Positions 1 to 8,132 of a stretch of 38,188 nucleotides of DNA are shown piece after piece. Within the stretch, counting starts at the first letter, position 1. Each line of letters opens with the position of its first letter. Source of the stretch: a virus. Taxonomy: Duplodnaviria > Caudoviricetes. Made by a program: the position numbers and the translations under genes. The stretch covers positions 1 through 38,188 of the IMG/VR virus record IMGVR_UViG_3300043414_000985; one strand, given 5' to 3'. The notes under the pieces were generated by a model. That model was not told the DNA's origin, ran no database searches, and saw only the letters and a list, made by a program, of their open reading frames with translations.

Positions 1-1
1 T

Positions 2-106
2 TTTAATAATGTTGAGCATGGACACAGGCACCACCAACGCCAGGTGCCTGTTGTTTTATTAGGAATGGCGCAAGCAATGGAAAACCACGAGAAGGTGAAA
101 ATATAA
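2..106 (+). CDS. 3' end of a truncated hypothetical protein
   Basis: Frame open from nt 2 to TAA at 104-106, which overlaps the next ATG (TAATG). Confidence 0.45.
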   Translation, partial: FNNVEHGHRHHQRQVPVVLLGMAQAMENHEKVKI

Positions 107-303
107 TGGAAGATACACAAACACAAGCACAAGCACAAGCACAAGCACAAACAGACAGCACAGATGCAAATATAAGAAATTTGTTGGCAACAATTCTTAA
201 ATTAGAAAAATCTCTGGAAGGGGCGCACGCCAAAATAAACCAAACAAACCATCATTTAATGCTAATAGACTCGTTTCTGCGGCTACATTTTAAGAACTAT
301 TGA
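106..303 (+). CDS. hypothetical protein, QA repeat plus coiled coil
   Basis: 65-aa ORF coupled to neighbours by TAATG and TGATG overlaps. Confidence 0.7.
   Translation: MEDTQTQAQAQAQAQTDSTDANIRNLLATILKLEKSLEGAHAKINQTNHHLMLIDSFLRLHFKNY
115..150 (+). repeat. in-frame hexanucleotide microsatellite (RCACAA)x6
   Basis: acacaa acacaa gcacaa gcacaa gcacaa gcacaa, encoding TQTQAQAQAQAQ. Confidence 0.9.
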
Positions 304-395
304 TGGCCTTCTTAATAGAGGTGTTAGGGATAATAATTATTTGCGGCGTAATAATACACTTGTTACGGTTTATTTGGTGGAGTTTAAAAAAGTAA
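303..395 (+). CDS. small single-TM membrane protein (30 aa)
   Basis: MAFLIEVLGIIIICGVIIHLLRFIWWSLKK; fills the gap exactly, TGATG coupling; not in ORF track. Confidence 0.6.
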   Translation: MAFLIEVLGIIIICGVIIHLLRFIWWSLKK

Positions 396-396
396 A

Positions 397-702
397 ATGG
401 AAGTAACGCTAGAAGAGGTAGACGGCCAAACACTTAGGTATATGCCAAGCGAAGGCGAAACGATAGCAGACTATTTGAATCTAGACGAGCTTAATAAACA
501 CATGGAAGCCATATGTGTATATCAACGTTCTGCAGAAGATTGCCCCTGGGCTAGAGGCAATTGGATATTAGATGTAAGGTTAAAGAATGACCAATTATTA
601 TGTTGGCGTTTCCCAATAGAGATGAGCTCAAAGTTTGCTAAAAAGTTTTTTGCACCAATTGTAGAGCTTGATAAGAAACGTATGAGAAAAATGGAGCACT
701 AA
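397..702 (+). CDS. hypothetical protein
   Basis: 101-aa ORF abutting the next gene (TAA ATG). Confidence 0.75.
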   Translation: MEVTLEEVDGQTLRYMPSEGETIADYLNLDELNKHMEAICVYQRSAEDCPWARGNWILDVRLKNDQLLCWRFPIEMSSKFAKKFFAPIVELDKKRMRKMEH

Positions 703-1017
703 ATGAGCACAGATTATTATGTTGGGTGCGACAGATGCAAGAAATACACTGCTATATTTTACCGTCAAGCGTGGGGTGTACATAACAGCCCAGAGATGAT
801 GTTGTCCTCTGCGAAGTTTATTGCTGACCATGTTCTTGAGTGTGGCGAAAATAGTGTGAGAATTGAGGCGGAGCAAGGAAGATTCTTTGACGAATATGAT
901 CAGATAGTATGTTATATCGAGCACAGCGATCGTATGGATTATCTTGACGAGCTTCCAGTGGTTTGGGATAAATATTGCAAAGAAATTGACGAAAAAGAAG
1001 AAAATAAGGAGCAATAA
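703..1017 (+). CDS. hypothetical protein with CxxC (possible Zn binding)
   Basis: GGAG RBS; CDRC near the N-terminus and HxxxC; abuts both neighbours. Confidence 0.75.
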   Translation: MSTDYYVGCDRCKKYTAIFYRQAWGVHNSPEMMLSSAKFIADHVLECGENSVRIEAEQGRFFDEYDQIVCYIEHSDRMDYLDELPVVWDKYCKEIDEKEENKEQ

Positions 1018-1368
1018 ATGAGCGCACGCTATAAGAATACGGGCCCGTTATGCACATTATCTTCTATAGGGGGAACTGCCAGAAGCGGCATTCATCCTAT
1101 CGACTTGCCGCCTGTAGTGCGTGTAATACATGGTGAGTTCGCAAAAAGCACTCAATCCATAGAAGAAATAAAGGACGAAAGAGAAGTAACGCAGAAGCTA
1201 CACTCCTGTCCATTTTGCAAAAGAAATGACAGTCTAAAACTGGCTTTAACTACGGACGAAGAATATTGGTATGTTCTTTGTCTACATTGTTTTGCTTCTG
1301 GTCCATGGAGATCTGACAAAGAAATGGCTATCGACAATTGGAATAAAGCCCCTAGAGAAGACCAATAG
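1018..1368 (+). CDS. Lar (restriction alleviation)-like Zn-finger protein
   Basis: C-terminal CPFC...YVLCLHCFASGP...AIDNWN matches the Lar family pattern. Confidence 0.75.
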   Translation: MSARYKNTGPLCTLSSIGGTARSGIHPIDLPPVVRVIHGEFAKSTQSIEEIKDEREVTQKLHSCPFCKRNDSLKLALTTDEEYWYVLCLHCFASGPWRSDKEMAIDNWNKAPREDQ

Positions 1369-1369
1369 A

Positions 1370-1639
1370 ATGCTGCGTTCTGTTGCGCCACAATGCCAAG
1401 TCTGTAATAGTGAGCAAAAATATTACATGGTTATGTCAGCTGGGGCATATGTAGCGAAGTGTGAAAAATGTACTAATACTGCGCAATATTCTTTACAAGA
1501 GATATGGGAAATATCTAAACGAGCTGCGCAGCTTTCAGAGTTGGAGTTATTACGACAAATGCCCACAAAAATGCTAAGCCCTTGGCAAAAGATAAAACAA
1601 CTTTTAAAAGAAGATTCTTGGGATTTTAAGGACCAATAG
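1370..1639 (+). CDS. Zn-ribbon hypothetical protein
   Basis: ATG at 1370 just after the previous stop; CQVC...CEKC. Confidence 0.7.
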   Translation: MLRSVAPQCQVCNSEQKYYMVMSAGAYVAKCEKCTNTAQYSLQEIWEISKRAAQLSELELLRQMPTKMLSPWQKIKQLLKEDSWDFKDQ

Positions 1640-1640
1640 C

Positions 1641-1811
1641 ATGTTAAGGTGGTTATTTAAGAAAAAATCTTGTAATTGCGAGGCGTCCTTCCAAAGAATG
1701 TGGATGACAATTTTATCTCAAAATGCAGATATAGGAAAGCTGAATGCAGATATTGTTATTTTAAGATGCGATATTGAGATATTACAAAAATTATTAAAAA
1801 AAGGAAAATAG
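1641..1811 (+). CDS. hypothetical protein (56 aa, short coiled coil)
   Basis: MLRWLFKKKSCNCEASFQRM...LQKLLKKGK; fills the gap, AAGGA RBS; not in ORF track. Confidence 0.6.
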   Translation: MLRWLFKKKSCNCEASFQRMWMTILSQNADIGKLNADIVILRCDIEILQKLLKKGK

Positions 1812-1812
1812 T

Positions 1813-2010
1813 ATGCCAATTTTTAACGACCTAAGCGAAAAAGAACAAATAGAAGAAATATACTATGCCGCAACTATGTTTATTGCCAATAATTATCAAT
1901 ATATGTCGAAAGATGAACGCGAGTATTACGACCAAATGATGGATTATATGTACCCATTAAGAGGCGTTAAGAAAAAAGGACCACCAATAGCATGCAAGAA
2001 GAAGAATTAA
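1813..2010 (+). CDS. hypothetical protein
   Basis: AAGGA RBS, 65-aa ORF. Confidence 0.7.
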   Translation: MPIFNDLSEKEQIEEIYYAATMFIANNYQYMSKDEREYYDQMMDYMYPLRGVKKKGPPIACKKKN

Positions 2011-2165
2011 GAGCGTGCCCCTTTTGCGGAGATCGCGATCTTTTGATGACAGAGGAGTTTGAAAGAAATGAATGCCATGTGCGTTGCCACTTTTGTGGAG
2101 CCACAGGACCAGATTGTTTGCTAGAAGAAGATGCTGTAGAAAAATGGAATAAAAGGCCATTTTAG
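1992..2165 (+). CDS. Lar-like Zn-finger protein (57 aa)
   Basis: MQEEELRACPFCGDRDLL...VRCHFCGATGP...EDAVEKWNKRPF; canonical Lar pattern; AAGGA RBS; not in ORF track. Confidence 0.8.
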   Translation: MQEEELRACPFCGDRDLLMTEEFERNECHVRCHFCGATGPDCLLEEDAVEKWNKRPF

Positions 2166-2294
2166 CGGCCAATAGTAGGTACTACTGGACTTACAACGTA
2201 AACATTGGGCTCTCGAGACGAAGACGGTGCTAGGGATAATTTATACCCTACTATAATTAACTATATTAGGTATTTTTATTTAAAGGAGGTATAA

Positions 2295-2714
2295 ATGTCT
2301 AGAATGAACTGCGCTGGCGAGAAGATACCCCACTTTCTGGTTAATTGCATAAACTGCAACTTGCCACCTATTTTATTTAAATATCTTATAGACAAAGAAA
2401 GTACTGTTAGCGGTTACAAGATGTCTGACCAAAGCTATTATATTTACTATGTATTTTGCGATGGCTGCCAAGAAGAAAGCTGTATGTGCTCTGGTGAGCA
2501 CAAAACTACATATTTATGGAACCGCGCAAACGATATAGAGAAAAGCGATCCATGTCCATTCTGTTTGGTAAAATATGTACAATTTGAGTTAATAGATAAC
2601 ACTTTCTGGTGTGTTGTATGCGATGACTGTCACACTAAAGGTCCAAGATCAGATGCAAAACGAGATGCCCTGGTGCTGTGGAATAGAATTGAAGATATAA
2701 AATATAATGGGTAA
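2295..2714 (+). CDS. tandem double Lar-like Zn-finger protein
   Basis: AAGGAGGT RBS; two units CxxC..YVFCDGC..LWN and CPFC..VVCDDCHTKGP..DALVLWN. Confidence 0.75.
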   Translation: MSRMNCAGEKIPHFLVNCINCNLPPILFKYLIDKESTVSGYKMSDQSYYIYYVFCDGCQEESCMCSGEHKTTYLWNRANDIEKSDPCPFCLVKYVQFELIDNTFWCVVCDDCHTKGPRSDAKRDALVLWNRIEDIKYNG

Positions 2715-3045
2715 ATATTATACTAACGCGCCAGAGTTGTATTTTGTGCCGTATGGACCAGGACAGCCAACGCGGGTTCTTTGCGTAAAAAAAGATGGAG
2801 AAATTTTAGTAGATACAGCAATGGCCCCAAAACATATACAGAGCCAAAACAAACAATATTGGTATTTTTGGTACACCAAAGAGTACGAAGAGCGAACATA
2901 TAGTTATTTAGAGGCAGAATTAGAAATCGTTAATGCTAAAAAAATTTCCCATACAAAAACAGAGCTGGGGTTAATTCTAAAAGAATATTTCACATTAATT
3001 AGTAAATATATTTCTAACAAAAATGGAATAATATATAATGGGTGA
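2707..3045 (+). CDS. hypothetical protein, KTELGLILKEYF family member 1
   Basis: Overlapping start/stop coupling; motif at 2956-2991. Confidence 0.75.
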   Translation: MGKYYTNAPELYFVPYGPGQPTRVLCVKKDGEILVDTAMAPKHIQSQNKQYWYFWYTKEYEERTYSYLEAELEIVNAKKISHTKTELGLILKEYFTLISKYISNKNGIIYNG

Positions 3046-3289
3046 AGCTATTGCAAACTCGTACTATAGGCTTTGTTTTCCAACCGCAAGCCTTTATTCG
3101 CAAATGGAAGCAGAGTTTTTGGCTAACAGAGCCGCAATGCAGGTGGTAATACAGCAGGAGCTTACTATTGCTATAGAGGTTGCGCGCGCACTTTACGAGG
3201 CTAAACAAAAAACAGAGCTTGGTTTAATCTTGAAGGATTATTTTAACAGGGTAGATAGAATATGCATCCCTTTGAAAAGCCTCATATAA
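3038..3289 (+). CDS. hypothetical protein, KTELGLILKEYF family member 2
   Basis: Motif KTELGLILKDYF at 3209-3244. Confidence 0.75.
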   Translation: MGEAIANSYYRLCFPTASLYSQMEAEFLANRAAMQVVIQQELTIAIEVARALYEAKQKTELGLILKDYFNRVDRICIPLKSLI

Positions 3290-3459
3290 ATGTATTTTTT
3301 TACAGAACTCCAAGATGGGTTTGGATAGAACGATCTAAGGGGAAATCTCTTACAAAGATATTTGTAGAGCACGCAAAAGAAACAGCTGAAGAAAAAACAG
3401 AGCTTGGCTATATTTTAAAAGAATATTTTAAGAAGACGGGTAAAATATGCCTTGGATAA
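3262..3459 (+). CDS. hypothetical protein, KTELGLILKEYF family member 3
   Basis: Motif KTELGYILKEYF at 3394-3429. Confidence 0.75.
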   Translation: MHPFEKPHINVFFYRTPRWVWIERSKGKSLTKIFVEHAKETAEEKTELGYILKEYFKKTGKICLG

Positions 3460-3662
3460 ATAACACATTACATATATATTGGGCAAAGGATTATGACGAC
3501 TGGTTCTTTGGACAAAAGACTACCGATACTCCTTTAGAATCTTTCTTAAAACTTATAGGCAATAACAATAAGCAAATAAAGATGGAAATTAAATTAAAAA
3601 CAAGGATAGGATTAATTTTAAAAGAATATTTTAATAAAGTAGGAGTTGTTTGTGGAGTTTAA
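3447..3662 (+). CDS. hypothetical protein, KTELGLILKEYF family member 4
   Basis: Motif KTRIGLILKEYF at 3597-3632. Confidence 0.75.
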   Translation: MPWINNTLHIYWAKDYDDWFFGQKTTDTPLESFLKLIGNNNKQIKMEIKLKTRIGLILKEYFNKVGVVCGV

Positions 3663-3975
3663 ACAAGAAAAAATTAATATAAAAGACGAGGCTCAAAAAG
3701 CGGGGATAGAAATGTCTGGTGACGCAAGAACAGATGCCGCAGAAGCGCATATAGCACACGGACTATATATTCTTGGTCGGCTTGCTTTTAATCTAGAATT
3801 AAAAGGTGTAGAGCATGAAGAAATAGCGCCAATGGTACAATCTTTCTCTCATTCAATGCAGGGGGTTGCTCATGTATATGGCCTAGATACGGTTAGAATT
3901 TTTAAATATTTAGACCATTTTGCAGAAATGTATGGGTGCAAGGATTTTGCTAAAGAAGAAACCGTGCAGATCTAA
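3652..3975 (+). CDS. hypothetical protein
   Basis: AGGAG at 3641-3645 precedes in-frame GTG at 3652; last gene of the rightward block. Confidence 0.7.
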   Translation: MEFKQEKINIKDEAQKAGIEMSGDARTDAAEAHIAHGLYILGRLAFNLELKGVEHEEIAPMVQSFSHSMQGVAHVYGLDTVRIFKYLDHFAEMYGCKDFAKEETVQI

Positions 3976-4133
3976 TTGTCAAACTTTTCTAAATCTATGG
4001 CGCCCGCAGGTAAGTGCAACTCTTCTTCTATAATAACCTCGGCTTCTTTTTCGAAAATGTTACCATCTCCAAGGTACTTTACGGAAACTAAGCCGAGAAT
4101 ACCGACAATAACAGCAATAATAAGTGGCGTCAT
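3972..4133 (-). CDS. small membrane protein, possible holin or lysis accessory
   Basis: MTPLIIAVIVGILGLVSVKYLG... single TM helix directly downstream of the endolysin-like gene; GGAG RBS; start uncertain. Confidence 0.55.
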   Translation of the reverse strand: MTPLIIAVIVGILGLVSVKYLGDGNIFEKEAEVIIEEELHLPAGAIDLEKFDN

Positions 4134-4152
4134 TTTTAACACTCCAATTGCA

Positions 4153-4743
4153 TTAAACAGTTTTCTTAACAAATCTATTAGCTGCATTTGCGCCTCCATT
4201 GCCCTTCTTGGCAAACTTGTAATAATTAGAAACAAACTCGCTCTCAGTGGCGGCGCCCGCTTCTGTATTGTAATACTTTTTGTAATACTCCCAGATTGCA
4301 TTTAGGTCGTCAACCTTTGGAAGCGCTCGTGTAATTTTTAATGTTGGTAGTGGACGCTCTATATTTAAATAAAAAATTGCAGCCATTTGTGCTGCGAAGC
4401 GAAGATTTGTAATAAGCTCTTCTGCCGTAGGGATATGATGGTTTAATGTAACATTTGGCTTGGGTGGAGTATCATCCCACCATCCATTGCTTTTTAGTAA
4501 AAGTTCCTGCAAATTTTGGTTCTTTTCAGCGCGTATATAGTTAACCCATAGGTTATGGTATGTAACAGGTTCTACCATCCACATACCAAGAGCTGGACCA
4601 CATACTTGACGGACATATTCTCCGCAATGAGACTCTTGGGCAGCTGTTGCGATTAAAAGCTCCTCACGAGCTTCGGAATAGAGTTCTAGGCTTTCCAATG
4701 CTGGTCGGATAATATCTTGTCTTAGCTGCGTAATGGTTATCAT
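4153..4743 (-). CDS. putative endolysin (lysozyme/transglycosylase-like)
   Basis: TAAQES...YVRQ..GPALGxWxxEPxT...YYKKYYNTxAG pattern seen in phage lysozyme-like proteins; end of the late operon. Confidence 0.7.
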   Translation of the reverse strand: MITITQLRQDIIRPALESLELYSEAREELLIATAAQESHCGEYVRQVCGPALGMWMVEPVTYHNLWVNYIRAEKNQNLQELLLKSNGWWDDTPPKPNVTLNHHIPTAEELITNLRFAAQMAAIFYLNIERPLPTLKITRALPKVDDLNAIWEYYKKYYNTEAGAATESEFVSNYYKFAKKGNGGANAANRFVKKTV

Positions 4744-5089
4744 GCATACCTTGTATATAGTTAGTGGTTAAACCAATGGCATCTTCTAATTCGTAACAAA
4801 CGTGCACATCGTAATTTTGCTTGGACATTGCAGAGCAAACTCTATGCTGGTTTTCAGTTAGATAATTGTCTCCATATTTAAACTCAGTAAACAAACCATG
4901 GAAAGGAGGAGAAGCAAAACATAATTGTATGTCTGGCACGCCAGAAAGCACACCAGACAGTTTTAGCTTATAGCCTTCTCTTGCGTCTCTAGCGCCACCA
5001 TTTGGTATAGCAAAGCAAACATCTTGTAAGTCTGGATATTGCATTCTAAACCATTCTACATAAGACTTTTGTAAGTGGTATTCGGTCAT
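4664..5089 (-). CDS. VRR-NUC domain nuclease
   Basis: EYHLQ...FAIPNGG.R...GVLSGVPD...GLFTEFK...LTENQ PD-(D/E)xK pattern. Confidence 0.9.
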   Translation of the reverse strand: MTEYHLQKSYVEWFRMQYPDLQDVCFAIPNGGARDAREGYKLKLSGVLSGVPDIQLCFASPPFHGLFTEFKYGDNYLTENQHRVCSAMSKQNYDVHVCYELEDAIGLTTNYIQGMHDNHYAAKTRYYPTSIGKPRTLFRSS

Positions 5090-5092
5090 AGG

Positions 5093-5161
5093 CTACATAG
5101 GGCAAGGCATTTTCTTGTCTTTCTTGGGCATCTTTTTTTCTGGCATAGTTTTCTTTTTCAT
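5093..5161 (-). CDS. 22-aa Lys/Met/Pro-rich micropeptide
   Basis: MKKKTMPEKKMPKKDKKMPCPM; AAGGA upstream; stop 3 nt before the VRR-NUC start. Confidence 0.45.
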   Translation of the reverse strand: MKKKTMPEKKMPKKDKKMPCPM

Positions 5162-5263
5162 TTGAACACGTCCTTGTGTTAAATCTCGTCCCTGGTTACA
5201 TACCGCCGCTTAAGACGGTATAGTCTAAGTCTGGTATAAAAAACAAAAGCTCGCCACTCACGC

Positions 5264-5470
5264 TTAATGAGATTGAGCATCTGCTTCTGCATCCACTCTC
5301 TCACATTCTTGGCAATCTTCTGGTATAGCTTGCTCTTTGCTCTTAACAAAAGCAGCCAAATTATCTTTGGCCTCTTCAATCCTGCCTAGTAAAGCATTAT
5401 GGTTAGCAATACTTTGTTCGCCAGCTTTCACTAATAATTTAAGTCTGTCTTCAAAATGCGCAATGTCCAT
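5264..5470 (-). CDS. hypothetical coiled-coil protein
   Basis: AGGAG RBS; heptad pattern. Confidence 0.7.
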   Translation of the reverse strand: MDIAHFEDRLKLLVKAGEQSIANHNALLGRIEEAKDNLAAFVKSKEQAIPEDCQECERVDAEADAQSH

Positions 5471-5483
5471 TAAGAACTCCTGT

Positions 5484-5510
5484 AAAAAACCCCGCCACAG
5501 ATGCGGCGGG
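5484..5510 (-). terminator. intrinsic terminator
   Basis: Minus strand cccgccgcatctgtggcggg followed by g and a T6 run. Confidence 0.75.
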
Positions 5511-5563
5511 TAAAGGGATATATATGCTTTTTAAAAGTAGTAGCCAATCTATAGTTTTTCAAC

Positions 5564-6541
5564 TTAGACTGTTGCAGTAATTACACAATACTGGATAACA
5601 AAAGTTACCGTGCTATTTGTGCCAGTTGTAAAGGCTTGTGTAATATTTGAGAAGTATAGCCCTGCATTTGTTATACCAGTTAACGCAGCGCCTGCATGCG
5701 GACCTAACCAATAAATCTGTGACGAAGCCGCTGTTATTTCGGCAGTTGGGATTACAGCGCTAAATGCATTTGTGCCGCCGCCGTGCACAGTAGCTCCATA
5801 CTGTACAGCAGCATTAGCGCCAGCAGCAAAAGCCGTGCTTACATTTGTATAGACCGCCATAGACAACGGAAGAATAGTTAATCCTGCGCCTGGTGCCGGT
5901 ATCAAGGCTGCGGGTGCGGCATAAGCTCCGTTAACTTGAGATGCCGTCAATGTAACTGTTGCGGTAAATGTTTGTAATGCATTCGCAGTGGTAGATGTGC
6001 TGGATACACCAGAATCTACCATAAGACCAGCTGTACCAGATGCTACAGGAATATTCCCGCTTACAAATGGTGTCGCACCAGCTGCAATTAAAAGTTTACC
6101 TGCGGCGTTAGCTGGGTCTGCAAATGTAACGGTACTTGCTTGTCCAAAAGACGCGTTAGAAAGTGTAACAATGTAATTGCCACTATTTGCCACACCTTGT
6201 ATCTTTAAATAACCTGTACTGGAAGCAGATGGGTATGTTGCTAAATATCCGGCAACACCATTAGAGCCAGCAATAACATTACCGCCAGAGAGATCGTTAA
6301 TTAAACTGTAAACATAGTTTGGCCCTGTTCCGGTAATAGCTACCTGCATCCAGTAGGAGCCAGTAGTTGTACCTACTAAAGCTTGTGTCTTTTTACCTAC
6401 AGACAAGCCTAGTGGTATTAATGGTGTTAAATATCCTGCTGTAGTAACAGTAGCTAAAGTATCGTTCGTATCTATAATAACCTGTCCTGGAACTACGCCA
6501 CCAAGTCCAGTTATAGTATTTGTCCAGCTCAATACACCCAT
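5564..6541 (-). CDS. virion structural protein (fibre or decoration-like)
   Basis: 325 aa, Gly/Ala/Thr-rich beta-type composition, AAGGAG RBS, within the structural operon. Confidence 0.65.
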   Translation of the reverse strand: MGVLSWTNTITGLGGVVPGQVIIDTNDTLATVTTAGYLTPLIPLGLSVGKKTQALVGTTTGSYWMQVAITGTGPNYVYSLINDLSGGNVIAGSNGVAGYLATYPSASSTGYLKIQGVANSGNYIVTLSNASFGQASTVTFADPANAAGKLLIAAGATPFVSGNIPVASGTAGLMVDSGVSSTSTTANALQTFTATVTLTASQVNGAYAAPAALIPAPGAGLTILPLSMAVYTNVSTAFAAGANAAVQYGATVHGGGTNAFSAVIPTAEITAASSQIYWLGPHAGAALTGITNAGLYFSNITQAFTTGTNSTVTFVIQYCVITATV

Positions 6542-6569
6542 TTTAAGCGCTCCTTGCTTAGTTTAAAAA

Positions 6570-6791
6570 TTATCCCTTGTGCTGCTTACCGCTCTTTAGG
6601 ATGCGATTAGCTTTTGCATCTATTTTCTTTTCTGTAGATGCAGACATCTTTCCCTTGTTAACCATTTGTGACGCGCGTGCTTTTGCATTAGCCGCGTGGC
6701 TCTTGTCTGGCATGGGAAACTTTCTTTCACCCGGCTCACCAAAACTAGATTTTGGTAAAGCATTGCGTTTTTTTGTAGTTAACTTAGCCAT
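6570..6791 (-). CDS. small basic conserved protein (DUF6582-like)
   Basis: KLTTKKRNALPKSSFGEPGERKFPMPDKSHAANAKARASQ resembles that family. Confidence 0.6.
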   Translation of the reverse strand: MAKLTTKKRNALPKSSFGEPGERKFPMPDKSHAANAKARASQMVNKGKMSASTEKKIDAKANRILKSGKQHKG

Positions 6792-6800
6792 TTTATTTCC

Positions 6801-7487
6801 TTAAGAATATTGGTAAACAATAATCAAGCCTGCCGTTCCGGCGCCACCAGTTTGGTTAGCATTAACCGTATGTCCAGCGGCCCCACCACCGCCACATGCA
6901 TAACCTGTAGCCGCGCCTCCATTGGTTGAATTAGCGGTTGCATAACTATTAATTCCTCCAGACCCATATATGGCGGCACCGCCAAAGCCGCCGCCACTAA
7001 GGGTTGTTAGCAGATATCCAGACTGCCCCGCTTGCGAATTAGTGCTAATATCGCCACCGCTTCCACTAACGCTAGCCCCTCCACTTCCGTCTGCGCCTAG
7101 GCCGGCAGAAGCGCTCCCGCCGCCGCCGCCTGGGCCGCCTGTGGCAGTGATAGATCCAAACGTAGTATTACCGCCCGCTGTTCCAGGATTATTTCCTGCA
7201 GACGCGCCTGTGCCACCAGCGCCAACGGTGTACGTATAAGTAGCAGCAGGCGCGCTAATAAACTTTTGCGTAAATCCTCCAGCGGCACCACCGCCTCCGG
7301 CAGATCCCGTAACGCTGGTAACATTTATTCCGCCGCCTTGGCCGCCGCCGCCCCATGCCAGCACCAATAAATGGTTAACCCCGGCCGGAGTTGTATAGGT
7401 TGCGGCGGTACCAGAGGTTAAATACTGAATGCTTAATAAACATCCACTAACTATTGGGATGGTAAATGCACTGGCAATACTAGACAT
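6801..7487 (-). CDS. glycine-rich tail fibre or adhesin protein, paralog B
   Basis: TYTTPAGV..LLVLAWGGGGQGG...YTYTVGAGG...GLIIVYQY glycine-rich domain pattern. Confidence 0.8.
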   Translation of the reverse strand: MSSIASAFTIPIVSGCLLSIQYLTSGTAATYTTPAGVNHLLVLAWGGGGQGGGINVTSVTGSAGGGGAAGGFTQKFISAPAATYTYTVGAGGTGASAGNNPGTAGGNTTFGSITATGGPGGGGGSASAGLGADGSGGASVSGSGGDISTNSQAGQSGYLLTTLSGGGFGGAAIYGSGGINSYATANSTNGGAATGYACGGGGAAGHTVNANQTGGAGTAGLIIVYQYS

Positions 7488-8132
7488 TTTTAAAAATCCT
7501 CACGCATATTGATAAACCAGAATTAAACCACCAGACCCCGCGCCACCAGTTTGATTAGATCCAATATTATTATTTGCAGAACCACTACCGCCAGCGCCAT
7601 ATCCCGTAGCCGCATTACCGTTAGTAGAACCCCCACTTTCAAATGTATTTGTTCCACCGCCACCATATATAGTCGATCCTCCGGCGCCTCCTATAGCAAC
7701 GCCAGATAAATAATAACTATACTGTCCTGCTTGAGAGCTGCCATTGAAATTGCCGCCGCTAGCCGCAACACTCGCGCCGCCAGCAACACCTGGGCCTACA
7801 GATGCAGAAGCTGTACCACCAGCCCCACCAGAACCTCCGGTAGCAGTAATTAGCCCAAATGTTGTATTGCCACCTGTCGTTCCTGGGTTTGATCCCGCAG
7901 AAGCGCCCGTACCACCTGCTCCCACGGTATAAGTATAAGTAGCCGCTGGATTTGCAATAAATGCTTGAGAAAAAGCACCTGCTGCACCACCGCCTCCGGC
8001 AGCACTACTCCCAACAGACCCAGCATCTCCGCCGCCTTGGCCGCCGCCGCCCCATGCCAGCACCAATAAATGGTTAACCCCGGCCGGAGTTGTATAGGTT
8101 GCGGCGGTACCAGAGGTTAAATACTGAATGCT
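7329..8132. repeat. 105-bp perfect direct repeat (7329-7433 and 8028-8132)
   Basis: tccgccgccttgg...aatactgaatgct identical in both paralogs, offset 699. Confidence 0.9.

Noticed and set aside
1060-1120. Possible structured RNA inside the 5' part of the first Lar-like ORF
   Set aside because: Only short alternative stems (tgcc/ggca, gcggca/tgccgc); not distinguishable from chance without covariation data.
2956-3632. Four ~36-bp repeats as a CRISPR-like array
   Set aside because: Spacing is 185-253 bp and irregular, repeats are in frame within ORFs and vary at synonymous positions; no cas genes.
5179-5379. 66-aa minus-strand ORF overlapping 5264-5470
   Set aside because: TTG start without RBS and large overlap with a better-supported gene.
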